64,000 nt of DNA from an uncultured Saprospiraceae bacterium (GCA_937961455.1 CALGNN010000087.1:1-64000), one strand, 5' to 3'; numbered from the stretch's first letter, positions 8,857 through 20,584 are shown. Notes: a model not told the origin generated them from the letters alone. A program made the numbers and translations.

Positions 8857-11345
8857 TTAAAGAATATGGCATTGCTAAAAAGTTGAATGCCTTTTTTCCA
8901 AAAAGCCCGATATACTGGATTGTCCACCAGATAAACTACTTGTCCTCTTCCAACAGATTCGACGCCAAAGCTCAGTGAGTCTTCTAAGGATTTTTTAGCA
9001 TTCACTCCAACAAAGCCATGAGTCTGCGCTTCACCTTTCACTACACCCACATTCCATCCTCTTTCTAAAAATTCGTAAGAAGCTCCAGAGGTTTTTAGTG
9101 AATAATAGTAATCATCAAATCCGAATGCCAAAGGATGCGAGTTATCCATTGTATTTTTCACAATGGCACCTGGAATATAACTGCTGATAAAATCACGTTC
9201 TCTGTTTTCATAACGAGGTAATGACCCATCATCTTCTTTGCTTGGCCTTTCTTTCCTTGTTATAGAAAGTCCTTGAGCATTGGTTAAAGATTCAACGGCA
9301 TTCCCAACAGCGATGAGTGTACCTCCCCCTCTTATCCAATCAGAAACTTTGTCCCAATCATCGGACATATTGTATCTTCCTTCAGGTAAAATTAAGACAT
9401 CATAATCTGCGAGAATTGATGTATTCATATCCTCCCAAGTTACAGCTGAAAAAGGATATTGCAATTCATTTTCCATGACATGCCAAATGTGTCCATAGTT
9501 TTGAGAAGAGACATTGTCACCATAAGCAATCATAATCTTTTTTTCTTGGAGCAGCTCAAAATTTGAGCCTCCGAGATCCTTGCCATAGTCAGAAAAACCT
9601 GTCGTCAATTCTTGTAAAAGACTTCGATTTTTTCTAGCTAATTCACTCATTGTTTTAGCAAGGTCACCATTAAATTTTCGATTATCAGCGGCTGCTACTA
9701 TTAATGATCCTCTTGGATATTTTTTCCCTTTAATGCTAAATGGGTTCTTTGCGAATCTAAGATTTATTCCTTTTTTAAATAGGTCTGCCATAAGGGCTCC
9801 ACTTGAAAGGGACTGCCCTTCTAGTACATAAGCATAGGCAGCTCCATATTCAGGGAATGCAGCAATCTCGTTATTTTGCCAATCTGTTTGCACGGACACT
9901 TTTTCTTTAGAGGCAATGGCTTTGAATCCATAGGCATATGGTAATGACCAAGCAGTGATGTCGTAAGTAATTGAATCTGATAATTCAGCTTCAGGATCCA
10001 TTAACACCTGCACTAAAATGGCTTTCGGTTGATGGGCACTTATTACAATATCTCCTTCTTTCACCATCATACTCCCTTCAGCTGCTTGTCTGTAATTGTA
10101 GCCTCGAATGCTCCTATCATTAGACGCATAAGAATATTGAATGCCTTGGCGGAATAGAAGCATTTTAAAGTCTTTGAGCATGGCCGCATCATTGTCTTTA
10201 CTTACCACATAAGTGTTATACTTACCTGGTGGACTTTGCTGATTTTTTTTAAAGTAATCACTAAACTCATTTAACAATCTTGATGCATTTTCTGAGCTTA
10301 TCTCAATGGTGGATAATGCTGTAGTCGTATGGTGATCAATACGATCACGAATGCTAAGGGTATCTCCATTATCAAGAATGATTCCTTTCCCAGCTGTGCT
10401 ATGACCTGCTTGTTCATAAGTCATTCCGATAGCTCCATTAAAAGTGGGCCAGGTATCACCATAGCTTGGGTAGAATAAATCAAAGCGTTCTCTGGTAAAA
10501 TAATACCACTCATTTTCATCAAAATAACGTGCGTGGTTTTGGCCGATCTCTGTCTGGAAGGCTCTTTGAAATGGACTAATAAAATTATGGTATGGCTCGG
10601 CTGCGGGTGCAAAATAATAAGGACTATTATATCCTTGTTCGTGAAAATCTACATGGATTTGTGGCATCCACTGGTTGTACAATTTTACTCTTTGCTGAGA
10701 CTCTATTTGTGTTTGCCATGCCCAATCTCTATTTAAATCAAAGTGATAATGATTCACTCTTCCTCCAGGCCAGGGTTCGTTGTGTTCTCTTGACTCAACA
10801 TGAGGATTCAAGATTTTGTTTGCTGCATTCCAATTCCAATGCGTATATCTGGAATTACCATCTGGATTAATGCAAGGGTCTAACACGACAATGGTATTCT
10901 TTAACCAATTCTGAATTTCAGCATCAGATTTATTCATCAGTTTGTGAATTACATTGATGGCACTTTCGGGACCACCGGCTTCATTGCCATGGACACCAAA
11001 GCTCATCCAAATAATTGGGATGTTGCTAGACGGCGTCCCTTCGATGAGTCCTGTTCTCATCAAATTGTCCATTCTAATTTGCTCTAAGTTATCTAGATTT
11101 TCTTTGGTTGAAACAAAGGCAACTAATAAGGGTCTTTGTTGATTGGTTCTACCATAATTTTGCAGTATAACTTGATCAGACTGATCTGCTACATGTTGAT
11201 AATAGGCAATCTGAAGATGATGAGGTGTAAAATGTTCCCCATAGTGCGTGGGTAAGAAATCTTCGGGAGATTGTATTTGAGCATAAAGCCCACAAAATTG
11301 AAAAAAGAAAATTAGTGTTAAGCTTAAAAATTTAAACCCTTTCAT
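8853..11345 (-). CDS. M14-family zinc carboxypeptidase (secreted, ~830 aa)
   Basis: Signal peptide. HxxE zinc motif in FGVHGNEAGGPE, plus DFHEQGY and the long Bacteroidota-type M14 architecture. Confidence 0.8.
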   Translation of the reverse strand: MKGFKFLSLTLIFFFQFCGLYAQIQSPEDFLPTHYGEHFTPHHLQIAYYQHVADQSDQVILQNYGRTNQQRPLLVAFVSTKENLDNLEQIRMDNLMRTGLIEGTPSSNIPIIWMSFGVHGNEAGGPESAINVIHKLMNKSDAEIQNWLKNTIVVLDPCINPDGNSRYTHWNWNAANKILNPHVESREHNEPWPGGRVNHYHFDLNRDWAWQTQIESQQRVKLYNQWMPQIHVDFHEQGYNSPYYFAPAAEPYHNFISPFQRAFQTEIGQNHARYFDENEWYYFTRERFDLFYPSYGDTWPTFNGAIGMTYEQAGHSTAGKGIILDNGDTLSIRDRIDHHTTTALSTIEISSENASRLLNEFSDYFKKNQQSPPGKYNTYVVSKDNDAAMLKDFKMLLFRQGIQYSYASNDRSIRGYNYRQAAEGSMMVKEGDIVISAHQPKAILVQVLMDPEAELSDSITYDITAWSLPYAYGFKAIASKEKVSVQTDWQNNEIAAFPEYGAAYAYVLEGQSLSSGALMADLFKKGINLRFAKNPFSIKGKKYPRGSLIVAAADNRKFNGDLAKTMSELARKNRSLLQELTTGFSDYGKDLGGSNFELLQEKKIMIAYGDNVSSQNYGHIWHVMENELQYPFSAVTWEDMNTSILADYDVLILPEGRYNMSDDWDKVSDWIRGGGTLIAVGNAVESLTNAQGLSITRKERPSKEDDGSLPRYENRERDFISSYIPGAIVKNTMDNSHPLAFGFDDYYYSLKTSGASYEFLERGWNVGVVKGEAQTHGFVGVNAKKSLEDSLSFGVESVGRGQVVYLVDNPVYRAFWKKGIQLFSNAIFFN

Positions 11346-11363
11346 ATTTGATGAATTAGATCA

Positions 11364-12320
11364 TCAAAATACAGCTTTTGCGATTCTTTGAAAGCTTTTT
11401 GCATCTCCCATCGTGTAATAATGCAGACAAGGCACTCCATACTCTTTTAATTCTTTCGATTGAGCGGTGCACCATTCTATTCCTATTTCTTTAATCATTT
11501 TAGGATCTGATGCTTTTTGGACTTCGCTAACTAAATCGTCAGGCATATTAATGTAAAACATTCTAGGAATGCTCTTTAATTGATATCCTTTAGTTAAAGG
11601 TTTCAATCCTGGAACTATGGGAACGTTGATTCCAATTTTTCTACAAGCATCTACAAATGCAAAAAATTTACTGTTGTCAAAAAACATTTGAGTTACAATA
11701 TAATCTGCCCCTGCATCAACCTTATCTTTGAGATATTTTAAATCTGTTTCCAAATTTGGGCTTTCAAAATGTTTTTCAGGATAGCCTGCGACACCCACAC
11801 AGAATTCTGTTTTTGATCCATTTTCAATATTGGTATCAAGATAGATTCCTTCATTCATTTTTTTAATCTGTGTAACCAGATCAACTGCGTATTTGTGTCC
11901 ACCTTCAGTTGGAGAAAAATGTTTTTCAAATTCCATGGCATCTCCTCTTAAAGCAAGCACGTTGTTGATATTGAGGAAATTTAAATCTATTAAGGCATTT
12001 TCAGTTTCTGCAACCTTAAAACCTCCACAGATCAAATGAGGAACTGCATCCACACCATATTTATGCATAAGTGCGGCACAGATACCAACCGTTCCAGGTC
12101 TTTTTCTGATGGCAGTCTTTTCATAGTATCCACTAGCATGCTGCTGGTAGATATACTCTTCTCTGTGATAAGTTACATCAACGAATGGAGGTTTAAACTC
12201 CATCAATGGATCTAAAGTTTTAAAAATCCCTGACATACTCCCTCCTTTTAGAGGAGGTAATACCTCAAAAGAAATTAGGGTTTTGCCATCTGCCTTTTCG
12301 AAATGCTCTGTTACTTTCAT
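11364..12320 (-). CDS. metF: Methylenetetrahydrofolate reductase
   Basis: 318 aa. MKVTEHFEKADGKTLISFEVLPPLKGG and VDVTYHREE are classic MetF N-terminal motifs. Confidence 0.85.
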   Translation of the reverse strand: MKVTEHFEKADGKTLISFEVLPPLKGGSMSGIFKTLDPLMEFKPPFVDVTYHREEYIYQQHASGYYEKTAIRKRPGTVGICAALMHKYGVDAVPHLICGGFKVAETENALIDLNFLNINNVLALRGDAMEFEKHFSPTEGGHKYAVDLVTQIKKMNEGIYLDTNIENGSKTEFCVGVAGYPEKHFESPNLETDLKYLKDKVDAGADYIVTQMFFDNSKFFAFVDACRKIGINVPIVPGLKPLTKGYQLKSIPRMFYINMPDDLVSEVQKASDPKMIKEIGIEWCTAQSKELKEYGVPCLHYYTMGDAKSFQRIAKAVF

Positions 12321-12444
12321 GGATCAATACTCTTAAGTGCGCAAATGTAATACATTGCTAAACATTTGAAGCAAATGCAATGCCATACTTATGCAAATTA
12401 TTTATAATAGGTATTGGAATTGATGTTTATCTCAACAATAGAAC

Positions 12445-13092
12445 TTATTTTTTCTTTTCGCTTTTGAAGTCTCCATTCTTCCATGCTTCAATGAATTTTT
12501 TCCAAGCAATAGGATTTAGGATATTCATCGGACGATATTGGCCCTCATAATAGTATTGCTGGGCTCGGGCTCTTGTATAATAGTCGGCAGATTCGTTGCC
12601 ATCAGAGGGCACTTCTTCTACCATTCTTTCTAAAATATTATTGGCTAAGTTTCTATCTGCAATAGCTTGTAATTCATCTGTTACATCTAAGGCTAAAAAT
12701 TCAATTTTGAAATGTTCTTTACTAGGCCACGGATAAACAAATGCTTCTGTTAGCATTATAGCTTCCTGATCTAAAATTTGATACATCGTGTATCTATTAT
12801 CTTCTAAACTATCTGGTATGGTGTATTCAACTGTAGCAAAACCAACCGCTGAAAAAATCACGGTCTCTCCCTTTCTTCCCACTATGGAAAAGAATCCATC
12901 TTCATCTGTTGCAACACCCCTTCTTGTATTTTCTTTGAAATATACATTGACATATTCAAGTGGAATCAATTCTCCTTCTTCCTCTGTTAAAACCAATCCT
13001 GAAAATTGTACAATGGTAGAGTCTGCGGGTACTTGTGCAAACAAGATTCCGCTAGAAAGTAAAAACGCCAATAATATTCCACACCTTTTCAT
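12445..13092 (-). CDS. Hypothetical secreted protein with a carboxypeptidase-regulatory-like (CarbopepD_reg) domain
   Basis: Signal peptide. The segment SGLVLTEEEGELIPLEYVNVYFKENTRRGVATDEDGFFSI resembles a CarbopepD_reg_2 fold. Confidence 0.4.
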   Translation of the reverse strand: MKRCGILLAFLLSSGILFAQVPADSTIVQFSGLVLTEEEGELIPLEYVNVYFKENTRRGVATDEDGFFSIVGRKGETVIFSAVGFATVEYTIPDSLEDNRYTMYQILDQEAIMLTEAFVYPWPSKEHFKIEFLALDVTDELQAIADRNLANNILERMVEEVPSDGNESADYYTRARAQQYYYEGQYRPMNILNPIAWKKFIEAWKNGDFKSEKKK

Positions 13093-13182
13093 CTCTGACT
13101 AATTAATTTAGTAATGCTTATTTAAGATGTATGACAGTCTAAAATTGCAAAAGGTTAATTTTTTAACAAGTATTTAACGAAA

Positions 13183-15609
13183 CTAAAACGAATGTAAATC
13201 CAAAGCGTGTGCTAATACTTGTTCCATATTTTGCACATATTTAAATGTCAAGCCTTTAATATAGGCATCATTTATCTCATCTACATTCTTTTCATTCTCT
13301 GAAGAAAGCATAATTTCTTTCATTCCTGCTCTTTTAGCAGCTAGTACTTTTGCCTTAATCCCTCCAACAGGCAAAACTTTTCCTCTAAGGGTAATTTCAC
13401 CTGACATTGCAAGATAAGGTTTGATTTGTTTTTTAGTAAAAATACTAGCTAAAGAACTCAACATGGTAATTCCTGCTGAGGGTCCATCTTTTGGCGTTGC
13501 TCCTTCAGGCACATGTATATGAATATCTTTGTTTGATAATAAATCTGCTTCAATACCTAAAGACTCACTATTAGCTTTTAAATAGGATAAAGCTGTTGTA
13601 GCAGATTCTTTCATGACATCTCCCAAGTTTCCAGTTAGGATGAGTTTGCCTTTGCCTGTACTCAAGCTTGATTCTATAAAGAGAATATCTCCTCCTACTC
13701 TCGTCCATGCCAATCCTACAGCCACACCTGGCACATTCATTCTTTGATATCGATCTTTTGTAAATCGTTCTGGACCAAGAATCTTTTTTACTTTTTCAAT
13801 GGACAAAGAAGGACTGTATTCTTCTTCCATTGCTACACTTTTTGCCACAGATCTCATGAGACCACCTAATTGTCTGTGAAGCGATCTCACACCACTTTCT
13901 CTGGTATATAAATCAATCACATATTCAATCACCTTAGGACTCAATTTGATGTTGGCGGCTTTCAAACCATGATTTGTTCTTTGCTGTGGAATCAAATGTT
14001 GTTTTGCAATTTCGATTTTTTCTTCCGTTGAATATCCTGAAATATGAATAATTTCCATTCGATCTAGCAAGGCTGGCTGAATCGTACTCAGTGAATTGGC
14101 CGTCGCAATAAATAGGATTTTTGACAAGTCATATTCTAGGTCAAGGTAATTATCATGGAAGGTACTATTCTGTTCTGGATCCAAAACTTCGAGAAGCGCA
14201 GAACTAGGATCACCTCTAAAATCTTTCCCCACTTTATCTATTTCATCCAAAATAAAAACTGGATTAGATGAACCTGTCTTTTTTAAGGACTGGATAATTC
14301 TCCCAGGCATTGCACCGATGTATGTTTTACGGTGGCCTCTGATTTCTGACTCATCATGCAATCCACCTAAGGACATTCTCACAAACTTTCGATCCAAAGC
14401 ATGAGCGATAGATTTACCCAAAGAGGTTTTACCAACTCCTGGAGGGCCTACTAAACAAAGTATCGGAGCTTTCATATCTCCCTTCAGTTTAAGGACAGCT
14501 AAGTGCTCTATAATTCTTTCTTTCACCTTTTCTAAACCGAAGTGATCTTTGTCCAAAACCGTTTTAACCTTATTAAGATCAAAATTGTCTGTGGTATATT
14601 CATTCCAAGGCAGGTCAAGCATCAATTCCAGATAATTAAGGACAACAGAATACTCTGCAACCTGTGGATTGATCCTTTTTACTTTATTAATTTCTTTGTC
14701 AAAAGCGCTTTGAATTTCTTTAGACCATTTTTTATTTTTTGCCTTTTGGAGAAGGGCTTCTATTTGTTCTTCTTGAGGATTTGAACCCAATTCTTTTTGA
14801 ATCATTTTCATTTGTTGATTCAAAAAGTAATCTCTTTGTTGCTTTTCTATATCAACTCTAACCTTAGATTCAATTTGATCTTTTAGTTCGAGTAATTGTA
14901 ATTCATGATCCATGAAAGCAAGTATGTCAGTCGCTTTTTGGACAAGATTATCATCTTCTAATAAATTTTGTTTCTCCTCTATAGAAATACCGAGATTGGA
15001 TGCGAGAAAATTTAAAATAAAATTATCACTGTTGATATTTTTCAACATCATTACAGCTTCGCTTGGGATATTAGGAGATAGTCCTATGATTTTTTTTGCC
15101 TTGTCTTTTATGGTTGAAACAAGGGCTTCGTACTCCAGAGCATTTTCAACTTCTTGGTAAGCTAGCGACTGAATCTTTCCAATCATGAAAGGATTGTCTG
15201 TAACCATTTCCAAGAGGTTGCATCTTTTTCTACCTTGAAGAATTGCCGTTATGGTACCATCAGGCATCTTGAGTAATTTGACAATCCTTGCTACTGTCCC
15301 GATGCTATACAAATCATCTTTTTGAGGAGATTCTATATTAACATCTTTTTGTGAAAGTACGGCTATAAATTTATCGTCTGAATAAGCTTTGTTTACAGCT
15401 TTTATGGATTTATCTCTTCCGATGGTTATGGGAATGACCATACCTGGGAATAAGACGGTATTCTTTAAAGCTAATAGTGGTAATTGATCTGGATATTGCT
15501 CATCCTTATGTTCATCGTTTTCTTCATTTACTGAAAACATTGGCATAAAGTCTGGCTCGTCTCCTTGAGGATGATCCAAATACATATTTTCAAAAAAATC
15601 CTTTATCAT
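13183..15609 (-). CDS. lon: ATP-dependent Lon protease (endopeptidase La)
   Basis: 808 aa. LON N-domain, AAA+ Walker A (GPPGVGKTS) and the S16 protease motif (PKDGPSAGITM). Confidence 0.95.
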   Translation of the reverse strand: MIKDFFENMYLDHPQGDEPDFMPMFSVNEENDEHKDEQYPDQLPLLALKNTVLFPGMVIPITIGRDKSIKAVNKAYSDDKFIAVLSQKDVNIESPQKDDLYSIGTVARIVKLLKMPDGTITAILQGRKRCNLLEMVTDNPFMIGKIQSLAYQEVENALEYEALVSTIKDKAKKIIGLSPNIPSEAVMMLKNINSDNFILNFLASNLGISIEEKQNLLEDDNLVQKATDILAFMDHELQLLELKDQIESKVRVDIEKQQRDYFLNQQMKMIQKELGSNPQEEQIEALLQKAKNKKWSKEIQSAFDKEINKVKRINPQVAEYSVVLNYLELMLDLPWNEYTTDNFDLNKVKTVLDKDHFGLEKVKERIIEHLAVLKLKGDMKAPILCLVGPPGVGKTSLGKSIAHALDRKFVRMSLGGLHDESEIRGHRKTYIGAMPGRIIQSLKKTGSSNPVFILDEIDKVGKDFRGDPSSALLEVLDPEQNSTFHDNYLDLEYDLSKILFIATANSLSTIQPALLDRMEIIHISGYSTEEKIEIAKQHLIPQQRTNHGLKAANIKLSPKVIEYVIDLYTRESGVRSLHRQLGGLMRSVAKSVAMEEEYSPSLSIEKVKKILGPERFTKDRYQRMNVPGVAVGLAWTRVGGDILFIESSLSTGKGKLILTGNLGDVMKESATTALSYLKANSESLGIEADLLSNKDIHIHVPEGATPKDGPSAGITMLSSLASIFTKKQIKPYLAMSGEITLRGKVLPVGGIKAKVLAAKRAGMKEIMLSSENEKNVDEINDAYIKGLTFKYVQNMEQVLAHALDLHSF

Positions 15610-15739
15610 CTATCTGTCATTGTGTCTGTTTGAAAAAATGTTACACTGCATATAAGGATAAGTCAAGTTACATGCCATGGATGCGAAACATCCTTTTCTT
15701 CATTAAAATAAAGACAAAAAGTCAGATAAGGTTCTTGAA

Positions 15740-17629
15740 TTAGACAATTTCTTCCAGATCTGGAGTGATGGTGTCTTTTTCAACTTTGAGATTCTCAATG
15801 ATAAATTCTTGTCTCATGGGCGTATTTTTCCCCATATAGTAAGAAAGTATTTCTTCAATAGACATACTTCCTCCAATTAAGACAGGGTCTGTACGCATTC
15901 CGGATCCAATAAAGTCTTCAAATTCATCAGGGGATATCTCTCCTAAACCTTTGAATCGTGTTACCTCTGGCTTTCCTCTTAAAGCAGCCATGGCGTCTTG
16001 CTTTTCTTTTTCCGAATAGCAATAAAAAGTTTCTTTCTTGTCTCTAACTCTAAACAATGGAGTATCAAGAATAAATAAATGATGTTGGCGCACAAGTTCT
16101 GGGAAATACTGTAAGAAAAAAGTCAACAGCAATAAACGAATGTGCATACCGTCCACATCAGCATCTGTGGCAATGATCACTTTATTGTAGCGTAAGTTTT
16201 CAATACCATCTTCGATATCTAAGGCATGTTGTAGTAAATTCAATTCTTCATTTTGGTAGACAATTTTCTTTGTCATCCCGTAGCAATTTAGCGGCTTACC
16301 TCTCAAACTAAAAACGGCCTGTGTAGTTACATTCCTTGCCTTAGTAATGGAACCACTCGCTGAATCTCCCTCAGTGATAAAGATGGAAGATTCTAATTTC
16401 TTTGTTTCGTCTCCTTTTTTATCTGTCAAGTGGACTCTGCAGTCACGCAACTTTTTATTATGGAGATTGGCTTTTTTAGCTCTTTGATTTGCAAGCTTTT
16501 TGATGCCTGCAATTTCTTTTCTTTCCTTTTCTGATTGCTGAATTCTGCTAAGCAGTGCTTTAGAACTTTCAGGTGTTTTGTGGAGGTAATTATCAAGATG
16601 TTTCTTGACGAATTCACCTACAAATAATCGGATCGATTTTCCTTCAGGAGCTATACTTTGTGAGCCCAATTTGGTTTTGGTTTGCGATTCAAAAACGGGT
16701 TCTTCTACCCTTACACTGATCGCACCTACGATGGCAGACTGAATATCTTTAGTATCAAAATCTTTTTTGTAATGCTCCCTTATGGTCTTGACTATGGCTT
16801 CTCGAAATGCATGAAGGTGGGTTCCACCTTGCGTCGTATTTTGACCATTTACAAATGAGTGGTATTGTTCGCCATACTGATTACCATGACTTAAAGCAAT
16901 TTCTATATCATGACCTTGCAAGTGAATAATTGGATACCTCAATTCTTCAACATTGGTCTTGTTCGTGAGTAGATCAAGCAATCCATTTTTAGATTGAATG
17001 ATTTTCCCATTTAGTTTTAGCTTGAGACCAGCATTTAGATAGGCATAGTTCCACAATTGCTCTTCTATATAAGCTAATTCAAATTTATACTTTTTGAAGA
17101 TTTTGTCATCTGGAATAAACTCTATGCTTGTGCCATTTTCCATGGCAGTTTTTTGAAGTTTTGCATCTAGGGTCAATTCACCGCGTTCGAATTCGGCAGT
17201 TTTCACCTTTCCTTCTCTCATGGATTGCACCTTGAAGTTGGATGAAAGTGCATTGACTGCTTTGGTTCCTACTCCATTAAGTCCAACAGACTTTTTAAAG
17301 GCTTTTGAATCGTATTTTCCGCCTGTATTTATTTTGGATACACAATCAACTACTTTACCAAGAGGAATCCCTCTTCCATAGTCTCTTATCCGAACCATCC
17401 CATCTAAGATATCTACTTCGATCGTCTTGCCATGACCCATAACATACTCATCGATACTATTATCTAGGACTTCTTTTATCAATATATAAATACCATCATC
17501 TGCTGCTGATCCATCGCCCAATTTCCCAATGTACATACCAGGTCTTAACCTAATGTGTTCTTTCCAATCGAGTGAACGAATATTATCTTCGGTATATTTA
17601 ACTTGAGCCATATTGCGAATAAGTTTCAA
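15740..17629 (-). CDS. parE: Type IIA DNA topoisomerase B subunit, topoisomerase IV ParE-like
   Basis: 629 aa. GHKL ATPase (EVLDNSIDE), [13 protein letters not shown], and a Toprim domain ([16 protein letters not shown]). Length and N-terminus favour ParE over GyrB. Confidence 0.7.
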   Translation of the reverse strand: MKLIRNMAQVKYTEDNIRSLDWKEHIRLRPGMYIGKLGDGSAADDGIYILIKEVLDNSIDEYVMGHGKTIEVDILDGMVRIRDYGRGIPLGKVVDCVSKINTGGKYDSKAFKKSVGLNGVGTKAVNALSSNFKVQSMREGKVKTAEFERGELTLDAKLQKTAMENGTSIEFIPDDKIFKKYKFELAYIEEQLWNYAYLNAGLKLKLNGKIIQSKNGLLDLLTNKTNVEELRYPIIHLQGHDIEIALSHGNQYGEQYHSFVNGQNTTQGGTHLHAFREAIVKTIREHYKKDFDTKDIQSAIVGAISVRVEEPVFESQTKTKLGSQSIAPEGKSIRLFVGEFVKKHLDNYLHKTPESSKALLSRIQQSEKERKEIAGIKKLANQRAKKANLHNKKLRDCRVHLTDKKGDETKKLESSIFITEGDSASGSITKARNVTTQAVFSLRGKPLNCYGMTKKIVYQNEELNLLQHALDIEDGIENLRYNKVIIATDADVDGMHIRLLLLTFFLQYFPELVRQHHLFILDTPLFRVRDKKETFYCYSEKEKQDAMAALRGKPEVTRFKGLGEISPDEFEDFIGSGMRTDPVLIGGSMSIEEILSYYMGKNTPMRQEFIIENLKVEKDTITPDLEEIV

Positions 17630-17728
17630 ACAAATATAACATATTACAAAAATATATAATTTAAAAATTATAATAGTTCTCAGAAAATGAGAAACGGAAA
17701 CTTACTACAAACTTGTGGTTGTGAAAAA

Positions 17729-18223
17729 TTACTCTTTTTCTCCTGCACTAAAAGTGTAAAAAGTAGGAAATGAGGCACTACCGTAGTGAGAATATTTTAC
17801 ATCAGAAGGCAATTCCATTTGAAATTCTTGTGTGAACTTTTCAAAGAAAACAGACAATTCTTCGTATTGCATGTTTTTGGAATTAGCTTTTGGATAGAAG
17901 GCGATATGACGAATGGTTCCATCCGCATTCCAGAATACATTTAACCAAATTTTTATGCCTCTTAGATCAAATCCAACTTCATTTGAATAGACTTCCATTT
18001 CACTTAGAAAGTTGGTCCATTTTTCAAAAGCAACTTCCATATCGTTTTCACAAACACTCATAAGCATTTGATCATAATTTTGGATAAGCAATTCATAGTT
18101 GGATTCAAATTCTCCGATAAGAAATGCCTTGGGCATTGCGGGAATTTCAATTTCAGGTCCTTGAGCGTAGGCTATATTGCAGACCAATAAAAATGCGGTT
18201 AATATGGAATAAATTGTTTTCAT
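17729..18223 (-). CDS. Hypothetical secreted protein
   Basis: 164 aa with a signal peptide (MKTIYSILTAFLLVCNIAYAQ). No recognisable domain. Confidence 0.35.
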   Translation of the reverse strand: MKTIYSILTAFLLVCNIAYAQGPEIEIPAMPKAFLIGEFESNYELLIQNYDQMLMSVCENDMEVAFEKWTNFLSEMEVYSNEVGFDLRGIKIWLNVFWNADGTIRHIAFYPKANSKNMQYEELSVFFEKFTQEFQMELPSDVKYSHYGSASFPTFYTFSAGEKE

Positions 18224-18398
18224 GTATACTTCAGTCTCTTAAATATAGAATTTTATCATATCTATCACAAGCCTGTTGCGTAATAAAAAGCCTTTTGTAA
18301 GCAATATTGTTCAAATTTTATTCCTTTTTCTACTCAGGGATTCATAAAACGATATTTTTTTCCTTAAATATTGTGATAACAATGATTAAATTACCCGC

Positions 18399-18947
18399 AT
18401 GACAATTGATATTATTGCAGTACTATGTCTTATTTTAGGTCTATTTCTAGGATATTCCAGAGGATTTTTCAGAGGAATTATCATGTTTATCGCCGCTATG
18501 CTTAGCTTTTGGGCTTGCTTAAAGGCGATTCCTGGATTGGGAAAAATTATAGCTGGCTTGGGCTTTTTAAGTGATCAAATTTCTTGGTGGATCGCCTTGG
18601 GTTTAATTGTCATTTTCTTTTACTTTTTAATTTCTTTGATTGACAAAGAGGTCAAATTTTCATTTAAAAACAAAAGTTTCCAATACATCAATAAAATTGC
18701 AGGAGCTATCATTCTTGCTTTGATATTTCTGCTTTCCTATAGTTCTGTACTTCTATTTGGAGCGCAGTCTAGATTTATTAGTAAAGAAAATACAGCGGAT
18801 TCCTTCAGTTATGAGTACTTGGACGGGGCCTATCAAAAAACCAAAAATTCCCTAAAGACTCTGAATCCATTTTTCGATAGTATGGGTGGAGCGATTACCC
18901 AAATTGGTTCACACTTGAAAGGTGAACACAACGAAGAAGAAGAATAA
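18399..18947 (+). CDS. cvpA: CvpA-family membrane protein
   Basis: 182 aa, 4 TM segments, N-terminus MTIDIIAVLCLILGLFLGYSRGFF typical of CvpA. Confidence 0.6.
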   Translation: MTIDIIAVLCLILGLFLGYSRGFFRGIIMFIAAMLSFWACLKAIPGLGKIIAGLGFLSDQISWWIALGLIVIFFYFLISLIDKEVKFSFKNKSFQYINKIAGAIILALIFLLSYSSVLLFGAQSRFISKENTADSFSYEYLDGAYQKTKNSLKTLNPFFDSMGGAITQIGSHLKGEHNEEEE

Positions 18948-18948
18948 T

Positions 18949-19941
18949 TTACTTATTTAAGATTGTCCAAATTTTGTCTTTCAATTGATCAAGACCTTCA
19001 CCAGTTACAGAAGAAATAAATAATGATTCGATTTCCTTTGGGATATCATCTTCAAGCATCTGTTTTAATTCTTCATCAATGAGGTCGCTTTTTGATATAG
19101 CCAGCAATTTTGGTTTGTCTAAAAGTTCTGGAGAATATTCTTTCAGTTCATTTAATAGGACCTTGAAGTCCTTGCGAATATTATCTGTATCTGCAGGAAT
19201 CATAAAAAGCAATAAGGTATTTCTTTCTATATGTTTAAGAAATCGGATACCAATGCCTTTGCCCAGATGTGCATCCTCTATGATACCAGGAATGTCTGCC
19301 ATGATGAAGGATCGATTATCTCTATATTTTACAATTCCCAAATTTGGGCTTAAGGTTGTAAAAGCATAGTTTGCTATTTTGGGTTTAGCTGCTGAAACTG
19401 CAGCAAGCAAGGTTGACTTTCCAGCATTGGGATAACCCACTAATCCTACGTCTGCTAAAACTTTCAATTCTAATATAAACCATGCTTCTTTCAGTTCTCC
19501 TCCTTCTTGGGCATAGCGTGGAGTCTGGTTGGTCGAAGATTTAAAGTGGGCATTTCCTTTGCCACCTCGACCACCTTCTAATAGAATTACCTCATCGTCG
19601 TGTTCTGTAAGTTCAAACATTATTTTGCCAGACTCAAAATCTCTAGCAACTGTACCTAATGGAACCTCCAAGATAATGTCTTCACCATCCATGCCGGTCT
19701 TATGACTTCCAGAACCATGAGAACCATGACCTGCTTTTATATTTTTCTTGTACTTGAGGTGTAAAAGCGTCCAGAGCTGTTTATTGGCTTTCAAAATGAT
19801 GTGGCCTCCTCGACCTCCGTCTCCGCCATCAGGACCACCTTTAGATGTAAGTCTACTTCTTAAGAAATGGGTAGAGCCAGAGCCTCCGTTTCCGCTAGTA
19901 AAGTAGATTTTTACATAATCTACAAAATTCTGATTTGCCAT
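18949..19941 (-). CDS. obg: GTPase Obg/CgtA
   Basis: Obg fold glycine-rich N-domain ([19 protein letters not shown]) and GTPase G-motifs ([16 protein letters not shown]). Confidence 0.9.
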   Translation of the reverse strand: MANQNFVDYVKIYFTSGNGGSGSTHFLRSRLTSKGGPDGGDGGRGGHIILKANKQLWTLLHLKYKKNIKAGHGSHGSGSHKTGMDGEDIILEVPLGTVARDFESGKIMFELTEHDDEVILLEGGRGGKGNAHFKSSTNQTPRYAQEGGELKEAWFILELKVLADVGLVGYPNAGKSTLLAAVSAAKPKIANYAFTTLSPNLGIVKYRDNRSFIMADIPGIIEDAHLGKGIGIRFLKHIERNTLLLFMIPADTDNIRKDFKVLLNELKEYSPELLDKPKLLAISKSDLIDEELKQMLEDDIPKEIESLFISSVTGEGLDQLKDKIWTILNK

Positions 19942-19960
19942 GAAATGTTACTTTCTGGGC

Positions 19961-20536
19961 TTAAAGTAAGGAATTTACTTTACTTGAAAGTCTTTCTTGA
20001 ATTTCATCAATATTCCCAACGCCATTAATATTAAAGGCCTTATCTGATTGTTCGTAATGTTTAAACACTGGAGCGGTTTCATCTTTATAAACTTTAAGAC
20101 GATTTTTAATTATTGATTCGTCTTGATCATCAGATCTTCCAGAGGTTTTTCCTCTGTTTAAAAGTCTCGCTATGATTTCTTCATCACTTACTTCAAGTGC
20201 AAAAAGCCCTACTATCTTGTGATCCTTCGAATCAAGTAAGGCATCCAATGCTGCGGCTTGATCAATGTTTCTAGGAAAACCATCAAAAATGAATCCTTTT
20301 GCTTCGGGATGCTTATCAAGTTTATTTTTAAGCATACCAATCGTTACTTCATCTGGTACTAATAATCCTTTAGAAATAAAGTCTTTGGCTTTCAAGCCCA
20401 ATTCAGTATCGTTTTTCATTTCATATCTAAAGAGATCTCCGGTCGATATGTGAATGAGTTCAAATTTTTCCACGAGCAACGCTGCTTGGGTTCCTTTTCC
20501 CGAACCTGGAGGTCCGAATAAAATAATATTTAACAT
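19961..20536 (-). CDS. adk: Adenylate kinase
   Basis: 191 aa. P-loop GPPGSGKGTQA and the LID/NMP-binding pattern. Confidence 0.9.
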   Translation of the reverse strand: MLNIILFGPPGSGKGTQAALLVEKFELIHISTGDLFRYEMKNDTELGLKAKDFISKGLLVPDEVTIGMLKNKLDKHPEAKGFIFDGFPRNIDQAAALDALLDSKDHKIVGLFALEVSDEEIIARLLNRGKTSGRSDDQDESIIKNRLKVYKDETAPVFKHYEQSDKAFNINGVGNIDEIQERLSSKVNSLL

Positions 20537-20584
20537 AGTAAGGTATTACCTATTTACAAATGAATTACTGAACCAAAAGTTCAA

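Noticed and set aside
12321-12444. Possible SAM riboswitch upstream of metF
   Set aside because: The reverse-complemented leader lacks the conserved SAM-I/SAM-II core elements. It shows only short repeated TGCAAAT-like motifs, which are reported instead as a candidate operator.
15652-15700. Hairpin GGATG-CGAAA-CATCC followed by a T-run between lon and the parE-like gene
   Set aside because: It is terminator-like only in the plus orientation, whereas both flanking genes are on the minus strand. The 5-bp stem is weak. Possibly fortuitous.
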